Source: Lama guanicoe
Taxonomy: Eukaryota
Reading direction: 5' to 3'
Assembly (NCBI GenBank): GCA_013239625.1
Contig: MU053783.1
Span: forward strand, 1 to 62,889
DNA: 62,889 nucleotides
The notes beneath the pieces are model-generated. The model did no database searches. It was not told where the DNA came from and was given only the letters and a program-made list of their open reading frames with translations. How positions within the stretch are numbered: position 1 is the first letter of the stretch; every line of letters starts with the position of its first letter. The position numbers and the translations under genes were made by a program. Below, piece after piece: positions 13,711 to 26,980 of this stretch.

Positions 13711-16700
13711 AACACACACTTTGTTTTAATCACTTCATCCTCAGCAACTTGCAGACTTCCCAGCATGCAGGAGGCCCTCGTAAATGCTTGAATGAATGAT
13801 ATAACAGAGTGAGTGAATTTGCAAATAAAAATATTAAGACTACTGTAGTAATAGTGTGATTTCATGGAAAGATCATGAGATTCAGAGTCAGACAACTTCA
13901 TCACTTGGGGCCAGAACAAGTCATTTAACTTCTAAACTGAAAGCACAAATGCATTGGTGACTCTACTTTTATACATTTAACCCAAACTGCTTCTCTGAAC
14001 TACAACACTTTGCAAATCACTCTTTGGCTGGGTGAACACTCAGTACATCTTGTTAAGTTCCAATATTTATTTTTTAAAAATCAGCTATTCCTTCAATCAT
14101 GCTTTATACAACAAATGGCAAAATATATTTGATTCATATCTGAATAATATCATGACCAGCTAGCAATAAAGAAGATAGATTTAAGTAATGCCTTTGTTTT
14201 CTTCCTGAGGAGTTTTTCAAAGATGGAAGCGAGTGGAAGTTTTTGTTGCTACCATTGCTTTTGAAGCTTATCTGTTTGTTTGTTTTTAAATTCCCCTTTG
14301 TGTTCAGGCTTCAGAGCTGGAAAATAAATCTGACACCAGCTTTATTCTGTTGTATAAACAGTGAGCTTGAGAAATGGAATCTCTTTATACTTTTACCATA
14401 GATTTACTTAAAACAAGGGTAAGAGGGAGAATTTATGTCCCTATGACTTAGGGTTATATTTTGGGATATGTTGGGATATTTCAATTAATATGATTTGAAG
14501 AAAGCTCCCTGATCATTTGACTCATCAGTGGTGGACCACCATCGTGTCTCACCAAACAGAAGTCCTTTAGATCACTTTCCTGGCCTGATGGCTTCCTGGG
14601 CAGGCCAGTGTTCCCTCTCATGCAGCTATACAAACTTCTCAGGCTTTTTTCAGTGGCCTCCAAAGACCCAGAGCCTTGAATTGGAAGGGATTTTTCCCAC
14701 ATCCTCTTTCTCCTCTTGTATTATTTCACCAAGCTTCCCACATTCAGAAACCTTAAGTCAAAACTAGCCATGTGTGTGCCAGTAAGCCCCTTAGTGCAGA
14801 GTCTGCACATCAAAACATTTCATGTTTATGAACCATGTCTTTCTCTCTCTCCACAGACTATAAGTTTCAGGAGTGCACAAATTTGTCTTTTAAAACCTTT
14901 TTCCTAGATGTATCCATCCTATCTAGAACAGTGAATGCAGAATGAATGTGTGAATCATTTCCCATATATAACATGTGGGATCCATGCAATGTTAATACCT
15001 ATCATTTTGCTCATGCTGAACATGCGACAAGTCCAAGAAATGCTCTTGACTTGAAGATCTGAAAAACCTTGCCATGGTCATGTGTGTGGGTACTGGATGA
15101 TACACAATGCCAAAGCCTTGCAAGAGAAAAAATAAAGAAAACTAGAAAGAATAATGATCACCATGGGCTTACACAAATTATCTTGTAGTTACAGTATCCG
15201 ACTTTAAAACTGATAGCAGTTTAATTCCACTTGCATACAAAACTCTGCACTTTTCCTTCTCCCCTCTCAATATACCACAGTTTATATCTAGTTATTTTGC
15301 ATATTCATGAAAACTAACTATAATTTTTAGTTATAGCTATTCTTAAAACTTTTATCTTTTAACTTTGATACTAGAATTAAAAGTTATATACCTAGTACCA
15401 TTATAGTAGCATCCTATTCTGTATTTGCCCATATATTTACCTTGATCAGTGAGCTTTATGTTTTCTTATGCTGTCACAGCAGGAGATCATGGCTCTGGGC
15501 TGCTGAAGTTTGACCATCACACTAGTGAGCAAACACAACACAGCTACCTTTTTCTCACAACAGGAAATAGGAAAGTAGCCAGAAAGGTGTATTTGATAAT
15601 GAAAAGCACAAAAATACAGCTCCAGGAACATGAATGGAGAGAGATGGGGTACTTAGACATGCACTGATGACATAATTACAACAATGTAACAACCTCTCTT
15701 CTCCCCATTAGTCTAAATTCTCACCAATGAATCACTATACATCACATGGCCAGATGAATTTTATAGTACATTTTCCTATTCTTTTTTTTTAATTGAGGTA
15801 TACTTGATGTACAATATTATATATTTCTGGTGTCCCACACTGTGATTCACAATTTTAAAGGTTACCATTTACAGTTATTACATTGAAAAACAAAATTATT
15901 TATATAGACAAGAACCCACAGAAATATTTGTTCAAGGTCAGCACATCCTGGATGGTCCCTGCCTATATTAGTCACAAATTATAATCATAGTGTACAAATA
16001 ATTGTGTCTCCTGCTATACCATAAATGTTAATTTTGTCATGCAGAGGCTTCATAACATTTTTTTAATGATGGCTTCATACTAGTACAGGAATTGGATATA
16101 TCACAATTTGTGTACTAATCCTCATAATATTCAGCATTTTATTTGGTCATGCACTCATTTTTTGTTTGACCTTTTCATTTTTCCCTCATTAGTTTGGCTG
16201 TGCCTTGAAAGTTATTTTCCTCCCCTCATTTATCTTTTGATTTTTTTCTACTCTTTTTTTAATTCCTTGTGTAAGTTTTGCTCCTTCATTAATGACTGGT
16301 TATTCATAGTCAGTATTTTATTTCAGTCTTTGTCTATACATATGTAAATTTATCTTCACATCATAAACTGACAGACCAATCCTGCCCTGGCTTCCAGAAG
16401 GAAAGCAATCCTTCTCTCCTATAAGATATCCATTGGCTTTTTCTTTCTTTTTCTATTTTTTTTCCTGGTTTTAATACCAGTTTGCACCAGCTCTACCTCT
16501 GCCACATTTTGAACTTTTGAGAAATGAATTTTGGTTATCACTATAGTGCTATCTGTATTTTATTCTATGCTGAAATTGTAATTTCTTGCCCTCAACTCAC
16601 TCAGAGTTAGAAAGCCCTTCTAAGCCTTGACTATAGGAAATTCTTACTCATTTTTAAAACTTATGCTTAGATATCACTTCTATGAGGCCTTTCTTGTCCT

Positions 16701-17060
16701 TACTCTCCTGACTCTCAGGCAAAATTATTCCCTCCAATGCCTATGGTTTATAAGGATCTATTTTACTGTGTTTGTCTCCCTCAAGCTCTAGTTGGAGCTT
16801 TGAGTGTAGCAGTCTGGTTCTGCTGGCTGTTGTATCTCTCACACTCAGCACAACTCATTGTGCTTCATAGCTGATCAATGGATGCCTCGCTGTATAACTG
16901 TTTATCATAAGAAACACAAAAATTCAAATCTGTTTTCCATCCCAATTACTGTTTCATTTTGTTTAATATTTTTATTTTAACTCTAAATTATTTTAATTAG
17001 GCACAAAGGTACAGAAAACAATGCCACAATCATTCATGCATCTACCTCTGAGATTAAAGA

Positions 17061-17188
17061 GTTTTTTTTTAGTATGAAAGGAAGTAATTAGGTTTACTTA
17101 CTTATTTTTGGAAGAGGTACTGGGGATTGAACCCAGGACCTTGTGTATGCTAAGCCAGCAATCTACCACTGGAGCTATACCTCCCCCC
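17061..17188 (-). mobile_element. tRNA-derived SINE, camelid Vic-1 type
   Basis: Same family as 13579-13710. Flanked by an 11-bp TSD GAGATTAAAGA at 17050-17060 and 17189-17199. Confidence 0.9.
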
Positions 17189-17374
17189 GAGATTAAAGAT
17201 ATTTTAATAGTTTCCACTGTTTGCTTTTCACATCTTCCTATTTTAAAATAAACAAAACATTACAAATATCACTAAAGCCTGAATATCCCTCAGGTCTCCT
17301 CTCCTCCTTCCCCCCCTTTCCAGGGCTAGTGCCCTGAAGTTGGTGTATATCATTCTCATGCAGGCTTTTTAACT

Positions 17375-17770
17375 TAACATATAGTAAGGAATTGGCTCAC
17401 TGTTTATGGAAGCTGGCAAGTCCAAAATCCACAGAATGGGCCAGCAGGCTGAAAATCCAGGAAAGCTGATGTTCCAGTCTGTTTCTGAAGGTTGTCTGCT
17501 GTAGAACCAAGAGGAACAGATTTTGCAAACCAAATCTGAAGGCAGTCTGCAGGAGAATTCTCTTTTCCTTTGGGAAAGTCAATCTTTTTGTTCTATTGGC
17601 ACCTTCAACTAATTGGATGAGGTCCACCCACATTCTGGGGTGGGGCATAGACTTTACTAAACCTACACAAATGTAAATGTTAATCTCACCTAAAATCACT
17701 CACAGTAATGTTTGAGCCATATCTAGGTACCCCATGGCCCAGCCAAGTTGACCCACAAATGAACCATTAG
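17375..17770 (-). mobile_element. MLT2-like LTR fragment (ERVL)
   Basis: aaggaattggctcac...gcaagtccaaaatc...gattggatgaggtccacccacat-like...cagccaagttgacccacaaatgaaccat. Confidence 0.7.
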
Positions 17771-19804
17771 ATTTCTCGGAATCTATTTTCCCGGTTTCAG
17801 GTAAGTCTTTGAACACCACCTGTCATGTTCAGGAGAGACATGCTGTGACTGAAACATATTTCTTATCACATGTCTTTTGTAAGATAATCATAGCGTCATA
17901 TCTCGTCATGACCCTCCCTGAATTGTAGTCTTGATCCCTCCCCCTCCTTGGTCTCACACCTTTCCATGTACATTATGAGTTATGAACAAGTCCATCCCAA
18001 TATGTCTTTCTTCATTTAACTAATAGGAATGATTAAAACCCAATCTTTTTATATGAAATAATTACCTTTCCTCAAATTGGTCTTTGTTTCTCATGTGAAT
18101 GTTCCTCCTGGTTCTTTTTGGCCAATGCTCCTTAAGCTAAAGCCCTTGCCTGCTACAGCCTTGTACCCTCTGCCATTCATTCCTAATTGCAGTTATGTTT
18201 AACCCAGTTTGTGAGATTTTAATTAATCCTTCAAGCCTTCCTTCAAGCAAACATTCCTACTTGAAATATTAATTTACTTGTGTTTGTAAGATTTTAATTA
18301 GATCTCCAGTGTCACTTCTTTTGAACTTTCTCTTTGACTTCTTGTTCTGCTGCCATTTTTCTTAGATTCTAAGACGCCCTCAACTGTAAGATGCACTGTA
18401 AAAAGAAAAAAAAAACTTTTTTATGTGGGAGATGGACAGGATTGAATTAAATGTCTATATTTCCTTTTATAAAATAAATGCACTGCCAAAATAATGTATT
18501 TATCCTTATAATTACATAGCACTTTCTTTTTTAATATGACAATTAAAATTTTGATAAGAAAATCTTTTCTTTAGACAGAATCCAAAAAGTCTTTTCAGTT
18601 TCTTTTAGTCACTGAGAGTTAGGAATAGCATCAGAGTAACAAGATAATATTCATAACCTGTGCTTATGTCAGTTTGGAAACTTCTTTGCTCTGATCATCT
18701 GTATGTATTCTGTTCATGTTTGAGTTTGGTGTGCATGTGATAAAATGTGCAATAAATAAATTTTGGAAATGTTACTTCTTTTCCTATGCTCTGAAATCAT
18801 TTCATCACAAAAACAATTTCTTGCAGATTCCATGGAAAAACACCAATAACATTTTGTAGAGTGATGTCTAGTAGTAGAAATTTTCAGTTTTGTTTTCTGG
18901 TTATTTATTAATCATATGTCTAGTATTTTTGTTCCATTGTTTTTCTTAAAATGGGTCATTAAATCTAGGTGTCTAGATTTGTTGATGCAAATTCATAAAA
19001 GTAGTATCTTATCCTCTTGTTGCCAGGCCAGCACTTCATTTTATTTTTCAAGTGTATTTTCACTTTTTTGCCTACAATATTATGTTTTTTCCCCTTTATC
19101 AATTCATTCCTTCTACTCCTTTTCATATTCTCTCTTTACCTTATTTCACTGTATACTTAGCTTATTTATTTTAAGCTAATTTTTTGTTTGCTAATGTGGT
19201 GGGAGAAATTTGCAATATTTTTTACATGTGCATGCACTTACGTGTTTTTGCACATACACATACACACTTCATTCATCAGAATGGGACTGCTCAATTTAAA
19301 AGCTAAATCAAGACTGACACACATCCATGGAAATAACAAGAACAAATATTACAAAGCTAATGAAATTTGTTATTATTTAAACTTGATCTAATTTAAGCAG
19401 ATAAGAAATCAGAGACACCACAACATAGCAATGAGGATCCACAGACTCTTAAGTTCTTAGTAGGTTTCACCTAATAAACAAAATACTATTTTCTCAGTAT
19501 GGATGCTACCTAAAAAATCTTGCACATTAATTGGAGCCCATCCTCATCTTCATCCACCTCCAAAATGGGTTCAACTGGGGGTATAAAGCATCACTGTTTG
19601 TCCCACAAAAGCTGGACACCCTTCTAGGCTACAAGAATTCACCACGTGGAGCGAAGAATGGCACACATACAACCACTTCACCTTAAAAGAGTAAAGTTTT
19701 CCTACAGGAGACACATGGACTTTGGCAATGAAATAAATTAGAGAAAGACAAAAGTTCTGTGATCTCACTTATATGTGAAATCTAAAATTAAAACTACAAT
19801 TACA

Positions 19805-20040
19805 CGAAACTGAATTTTACCAACACTCTGAATGAGTTTGGAAGCAGATTCTTTCCAGAGCCTTTAGATATGAATCCAGGAAGGCAACCCTTTAATTTTG
19901 GCTTTGTGAAACTCAGAGCAGAGAAACCAGTCAAGCCTACTGGACTTCTCACTTACAGAACTATGAGAAAATAAATGTATGTTGCTCAGAGCAGCTAAGT
20001 TTATGCTAATTTGTTACAACAGCAATAGAGAATTAACATA
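19805..20040 (+). mobile_element. MLT1 (MaLR) LTR 3' fragment
   Basis: ctgaatgagtttggaagcagattc...ggacttctcacttacagaactatgag...aatttgttacaacagcaatagag. Confidence 0.7.
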
Positions 20041-20244
20041 GGCACTAACTTTTTTTGAAAATTTACTTATGCAGCAAGTATTTTCTGTATATTATCTCAT
20101 TTAATACAAACAACCTTCTGGAGTAACAGCTAGCTTTATTTCAATTCTGCGAAAGAAGTTAATTAGCTTAACTACTGTTGCACAGCTAGTAAGTGGCAAA
20201 ACCAGGATTCAAACCCAGGAAGCACAACTCTAAGATGCCTCTTT

Positions 20245-21588
20245 TGGAATAAAGACAGTCTCTTCAGCAAATAGTGCTGGGAAAACTGGACAGTAGCATG
20301 CAAAGCAATTAAGCTAGGACACTCCCTTACACCATACACAAAAATAAACTCAAAATGGATCAAAGACTTAAACATAAGACAAGATGCAATAAACCTCCTA
20401 GAAGAAAATATAGGCAAAACATTATCTGACATACATCTAAAAATGTTCTCCTAGAACAGTCTACCCAAGCAATAGAAATAAAAGCAAGAATAAACAAATG
20501 GGACCTAATGAAACTTACAAGCTTCTGCACAGCAAAGGAAACCATAAGTAAAACAAAAAGACAACCTACAGATTGGGAGAAATTTTTTGCAAATGAAACC
20601 AACAAATATATAGGCAGCTCATATGACTTAATAAGAAACAACCAAACAACCCAGTCCAAAAATGGGCAGAAGATCTAAACAAGCAATTCTCCAAGGAAGA
20701 AATACAAATGATCAATAGGCACATGAAAAAATGCTCAATATCATTAATTATCAGAGAAATGCAAATCAAAACTACAATGAGGTATCACCTCACACCAGTC
20801 AGAATGGCCATCATTCAAAAGTCCACAAATGACAAATGCGGAAGAGGCTGTGGAGAAAAGGGAACCATCCTACACTACTGGTGGGAATGCAGTTTGGTGC
20901 ATCCACTGTGGAAAACAGTATGGAGATTCCTCAAAATACTAGGAATAGACTTACCGTATGTCCCAGGAATCCCACTCCTGGGCATATATCCAGAAGGAAC
21001 CCTTCTTCAAAATGACACCTGCACCCCAATGTTCATAGTGCCACTATTTACAATAGCCAAGACATAGAGACAGCCTAAATGTCCATCAGCAGATGACTGG
21101 ATAAAGAAGAAGTAGTATATTTATACAATGAACTACTATTCAGCCATAAAAACTGACAACATATTGCCATTTGCAGCAACATGGACGTTGCTGGAGAATG
21201 TCATTCTAAGTGAAGTAAGCCAGAAAGTGAAAGAAAAATACCATATGAGATCACTTCTATGTGGAGTCTAAAAAGACCCAAAACATAAATACAAAACAGA
21301 AACTGACTCATAGACATAGAATACAAACTTGTGGTTGCAAAGGGAGTGGGGGTTGGGAAGGGACAGACTGGGATTTCAAAATTAGAATAGATAAACAAGA
21401 TTATATTGTATAGCACAGGGAATCATATACAAGATCTCAGGGTAGCTCACAGCAAAAAAAAGTGACAATGAATATATATATGTTCATGTATAACTAAAAA
21501 ATTGTGCTCTTCACTGGAATTTGACACAACATTGTAAAATGACTGTAACTCAATAAAAACAATGTTAAAAAATAAATTAAATTAAGTT
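20245..21588 (+). mobile_element. 5'-truncated camelid-type L1 (disrupted ORF2 C-terminus, 3'UTR, A-rich tail)
   Basis: ORF 20708-21067 ([30 protein letters not shown]...C...H..W) is the L1 ORF2 C-terminal Cys-rich domain, with frameshifts and stops. AATAAA near 21552. Confidence 0.95.
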
Positions 21589-21629
21589 AAATTAAAACAA
21601 CCAACCAAATAATGACAACAACAACAAAA

Positions 21630-21975
21630 TAAAACATAACTCATAGAAATAGAGTGTAGAATGGTAGTTTCCAGGGACTGGGGTGGGAAAAATAAGGAGA
21701 TATTAGTCAAAGAGTACAAACTTTCAGTTACAAGTTAAATACCTTCTGAGAATCTAAGTTAAAGCATGTTGACTATAGTTAATAATACCACTCTTGAATG
21801 ATACTAAAGGAGTAGTTTTAAGAGCTTACTACACATTCACAAAAACTATGTAAGGTGGTGTTAATTGACCTTATTGTGGGAATCATTTAGTAATGGATAC
21901 GTGTATCAAATCATCATGTTGTACATCTTAAATTTACACAATGTTATATGTTAATTATATCTCAGAAAAGCTAAG
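21630..21975 (+). mobile_element. Older L1 (L1MA-like) 3' end, continuing the piece at ~19715-19790
   Basis: gatctcacttatatgtgaaatctaaaa (19761-19787) normally joins aactcatagaa...agaatggtagtttccaggg (from 21638). Ends ttatatctcagaaaagct. Confidence 0.75.
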
Positions 21976-22499
21976 GGAAACAAAATCAACTAAAAAAAGC
22001 TAGATGTAAAAAAGAGAGTACCTTGGGTTTCACTTTCAGGTGTTAGGTTAGGGGTGAAATGTACTGAAAGGATACATACTCCCAGTCTCTAAGTGCTTTT
22101 CTGTTGAGTTTCAAGGAAAATAACCCTAGTTACATATTTTTTTCATCATCAGACAGTACCTCCAGAAATACATGTGTGTGTTAATATTGGTACCTTGGGG
22201 CTTAATAAAAGTATCTTAAAGACAATGACATGGAGGCTGAGTCTTGAAAAAGTTGTGAGTTTTACCGATGTGGATGAGGAAGAAAAGGCCTAGGAAGAGG
22301 AAAATTACAAACAAAGGTGCTTTCATCCACTCTGAATACAAATTCGACTTGGAGACAGCAGATGGAGCCAGAAATAACATCTTTATTCTGATGGGAGTGA
22401 TGTAGGTGAGGTATGTGACCATGAAACACCCTCTAGTGCTCTCATTGGGCAGACAGCTTCTGACGTGGCTCCCAGTGGTGCTGGCATACATCCCGTGTG

Positions 22500-22990
22500 C
22501 TCCTGGTATTCTTGCCCTTGTGTACTTCCCTGCTTTGAGGGTAGCCTGGACAAGTAGCCTGCCTCTAGTAAATGGAGTCCAGCAACAATTAGATGTCACT
22601 TCAACTGAGTTGTAAGGAAGCTCTGACTCTCATATGCTTTTATTCTCCCCTTTTTTTCCTGGCTCTTCTCTGCTTGCTCGCTCTGTTGGAAGAAGCTGCC
22701 TTGTTGAGCGCTGTCCTATGGAGAGACACACATGGGAAGGACTTGACAGCAACTTCTGGCCAACAGCTGGCAATGGCATGATTAAGCTAGGGAAGGAATC
22801 CTTCCCCAATCAGCTTGGAGATGACTGTAGCCCTGGCTAATACATTATCTTCAACCCCTGAGAGAGAGAGTGAAGTAGAGGATAAGCCAGACGTGGATTA
22901 CTGAGCTCCACAAAACTTTTAGATGGTGAATGTTGTTTCATCGCTAAGCTATAGGCTAGTTTATTAGGCAGGAATCCACAGCTAATGAAA
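22500..22990 (+). mobile_element. MLT1-like MaLR LTR
   Basis: Motifs gcttggagatgactgtagccctggct and gttgtttcatcgctaagc. Confidence 0.55.
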
Positions 22991-25900
22991 TTCTAGAGAG
23001 CACAGTCTCACCCTGAAAATAAAGTTTATGTACAAGGCGAGAATCCCTATTACCAAGGTGAGACCGGGTCTGTTGGGGAAACAAAACAAAATGACTTAGA
23101 AAAACAAACAAAAAACAGAACACGTCAAGCCAGGTTCCTACTTCCCAAATTCACCAATTAGGTAAATATTGCCTTATCCTCCAGGAAATCTTATTCAAGG
23201 AGTAGAATTGCCCAAACATGACCCTACGTTGCTTGGACAAGAGGCCAGCTAGAATTTGGGAGCTCACCTTTCTCCCAGCTAAAAGGGAAACCTCCAAGTT
23301 TAAATTTCTAAGAGATCGGGACCATTCTCTTCATGGTCTAAGAGACAGCAACACCCCACTGACCTCAAGATCTAGGTGCAGGGTAGCTGGCTTTTCTACA
23401 CAATATTGTAAACATCAAGCACTACAAATCTAGCATGCATACTGCTAAGTAATGTGTGCATTTTTCCACTGACATTGCCATTATTGCTTTCTTGTCCTAT
23501 GAGAAGAGGCATTCCTGGGGTTGGCGGCATGGTTCTCCTGAAGCAGGACTCATTCAGGGTTTAGTAGATGTCCAGGCTGACAGGCTTCTTACTGGGATAA
23601 TGAAAACTTCATACAAAACTCTGTCTTTTTGTCCCTGGCTTATGAGCTGTCCTTTTTCCTAATAGAGTCTATTCCACAATTTATGCTGTGTTAAGTTACA
23701 GAATTCTTCCAACCAGTTGGATAACTCCCTCCTCACTCTCAGCAAGACAGAGAGGAGTAAGAGATGAAGATATGTCAGAAGTGCTTCTTCTGTATTTTTC
23801 CACCTATTAGAGTAGAAGTGTGAGGAGAGATAATGAAGTACCCCTTCCCCACCTCCCACAAACATGCATATGTGCATGAACACTGTATTTCCACCTACAC
23901 ACATCAATGGAAAGTAGGGAAATATGAAAAATAGGACAGATTTGGGAGATGCAGGTGGGTCTGCAGGATAAGATGAAAGGTTAAGTTCAAGGATGTGGTG
24001 TGGTAGAGTGCCAAAAGGCCACATTAATAGGGCCAACCTGTTGCAAAATTCCATGTTGCCCACTCCAGTAGGAGTGGTGCCCCTCGAGCTGTACAATGCG
24101 GTGGCCTTACTGAACCCTTCAATGATATCAGTCACTTATAACTCCTTCTCTTTTGACCTGTCTTATTATAGGGGGTGGCAGTTTATAGGCACAACTGAAA
24201 CAAACAAAACAAGTCAAACACAAAAAGTCTAAATAAGTCCAAGACCTGCCACCATGGCACTGAGTTGCCTCTCACCTTCCTGTTGTATTTGTGGGCTGCC
24301 CAAAATAAGCATCAGAATGATTCATCACTGCCTCTGGGAGCTGTCTGACAGTGCTCTTTTCTGGTGTCTGACTGAAGCCACTTATGTCATGTGTCACTTT
24401 CTGAAGTGACTCAGCTTCAAGCAAAGATGAATGCAGTTGGAGCATTTTGCAGAAATAGTAAATCACCCCTGCAGCTGATTGCCACCTCAGAGTGGCCTAG
24501 CCTGTGAGTCATTCAGGGGGCTCTCCAACATTGCCTTCATAAACAGATATTGTTTCACTGATTGCTAATTATTCCTTTGGAAGTTAGAACAGGCCCAAGA
24601 CCAGGCAAATAACAAGGTTTTATCCAAAGGAGCTAAAACTTTTCAAGATGCACAAAATGTCAAGCTGTTCCCGGTGCCAGACATTTTCATACAATGATGA
24701 ACACCGAATGTATAATTAGGAACTTTGTATTTAAAGCCACTATCTATCTAACTCATCTGAGCAGTCATTTTTGGTAATCAATTGATTAAATTATTTAATT
24801 TTTCATGTCTCTCTTTTACCATGTTGGCTGAATTTAGCAGTGATATCTTCCTGTGTCCAAATAAATGATAGCCACACAAGGAAACATCATAAGGAGATTT
24901 ACCAGGAAGACTAATCTCTCTTCACTTCTCTTATTACTTATTCCCAGAAGATGATGCTTCTATAAAAAAAATTAATTTATAATAACACAATCAAAGCTTT
25001 GCCTGTTTGTTTGGTTTTTTAACCATTAAAGATCTTTTAACCAAAAGCCCTTTTAGAAAAGTGTGCAGTACATAGGGGAGCTCAAAAGGTCTACTGAATA
25101 GTTGGCTTCAGCAGTCCAGCAGGACCACATGACTTTGAACTTTTCAAGGATGCTGATTTAGAGGTGAGAAACTTTACCTAATGGTAATAGATAAAGAAGT
25201 CATTTCACCTAAATCCCTCATCACTCTCACTCCTGGACCAAGACTATTTCGAGTTCCAGCTTATTTATTAGATTCAGTGCTCCCAAGAAAATTTGTATTT
25301 CAAGTGCTCAACCAATCTCTGAAACAAAGTTGAGAGGAATCATCCTTGCAAATATCAACCTAAAAACTGGCCACATCAGACACCCTTTCTTGCTTGGTTT
25401 AGCACAGCCAAGATATTAATGAATCAGTCCCAGTCAGGCGAAAAGTCTTGAGCATCTCCTTCTCTTGCTTGATGTCTCAAGAGGCTCAGTGGCTAACTGT
25501 CTAGTTGAAAAGGGGCATGACTAGACAGGTGAAGGGAGAAGAGCTGCCCTGGTAAACCACAGGCAAAAGACTTCAGAGAAATATTCATGTCCATCAGCTA
25601 CCATAGGTTACATCCATAATGTCTAAGTTTGCTTCCGTTGTTGTCATTCCGTCTTCTCCAACATCAAGTCTTCTGTCTTTTCTTCTCCATAGTTGCAGTT
25701 TGAATTATGTGCCCCATCCCTCTTCCCTGTAAAGTGGGGGCTGACAGAAGTGTGGACAAGGCTGGGGCACATTACATAATGGGTCCAGCAGGCTTAAGGG
25801 GGTCTGCCTCTTCTTCTAAATTATCAAATTCAATTTAAGACACGTAGCCTTAAAACTGTCAAGTTCAACTGGCAAAACACAAATTCCCTTGCCAGTGCAA

Positions 25901-26054
25901 AGGACCTGAACAGATCAGAGGAACTGATGCACGGGACTGAGATATTTGAAGAGCTTAGGGGCAGGGTGGCTAAGTGAGCAAATGGAGAGTCACGTGAAAT
26001 GATTCCAGAAGTATGCCAGACACTCCCTGAAGGTTTCTGTGCTGTAATCTGTTT

Positions 26055-26420
26055 GCTATAGACTGAATGTCTGCATCCCTCCAAAATTCATATGTTGAAA
26101 CGCTAATTCCCAGTGTGATAGCATTTAGAAATGGGACTTTGGCAGGTAATTAGATCATGAGGGTGAAGTTCTCATTATGATTTTACTGCCCTTATAGGAA
26201 GAGACACAACAGAGCTTGCTTTCATCCTCTGCTGTCCACCACGTGACGGTACAAGGAGAAAACAGGCAAACCAGGACGCCAGCCCTCACCAGTGGATCTG
26301 CTGGCATTGGTGCCTTGATCTTAGACTTCTCAAGGTCCAGACCTCTGAGAAATAAATAAATGTTGTTTCAGTCACCCCATCTAATGTGATTCATTATAGC
26401 AGCCTGAATTGACTAAGATA
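26055..26420 (+). mobile_element. MST/MLT1A-like MaLR LTR
   Basis: tgctatagactgaatgtctgcatccctccaaaattcatatgttgaaa...gccttgatcttagacttc...ttatagcagcctgaattgactaagata. Confidence 0.8.
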
Positions 26421-26794
26421 CCATTGGAGTCCATTGCTTGGTTGGTCTCATTTAAAGGACATGCTAAAAAAGCATTTATCATTACAGATAAATCAGTCTA
26501 TGGTGTCATATAACTTACATTTTAATCATTCTTATTTTATGTATCTAATACAGAAAGAGGAAAGCAGTCTTTATATCACATTAGTCTTTGTTTCTTGTTT
26601 GTTTGAGTTTTTTAACTTGGAGCAGTAAAGATGGAACAGACTTGCCCTTGAAAACTAAGGCAGAATAATTTGTAAGTAGCACCTCTACTTTTGTACTGTA
26701 TGAGAATGAACCATGGCTTCAATATTGTACGCGAATGATCACCAGGAAGCTAATGTACTTACTGCATAAAACTTAAACAACCTGACAACCTGTA

Positions 26795-26980
26795 GCAGCA
26801 CTGTTCAATATAACTTTCTGCAATGTGGGGAACAGTCTATATCTGCAGTGCCCAATGTACAACTATTAAGCATTTGAAATATGGCTAGTGTAGCTGAGGA
26901 AATGAGCTTTAAAGTGTACTTAATTTCAGTGAATTTAAATTTCAACATCTACTTGCCTAGGATATATTGGACAGTGGCAG
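26795..26980. mobile_element. MER3-like hAT MITE
   Basis: cagcactgttcaatataactttctgcaatg ... atattggacagtg with inverted termini. Confidence 0.6.

Noticed and set aside
14716..14760. FTKLP (and HLAG near 240) resembling NAALAD2 SFTKLPHLAG
   Set aside because: Matches of only 4-5 residues with no extension or exon structure.
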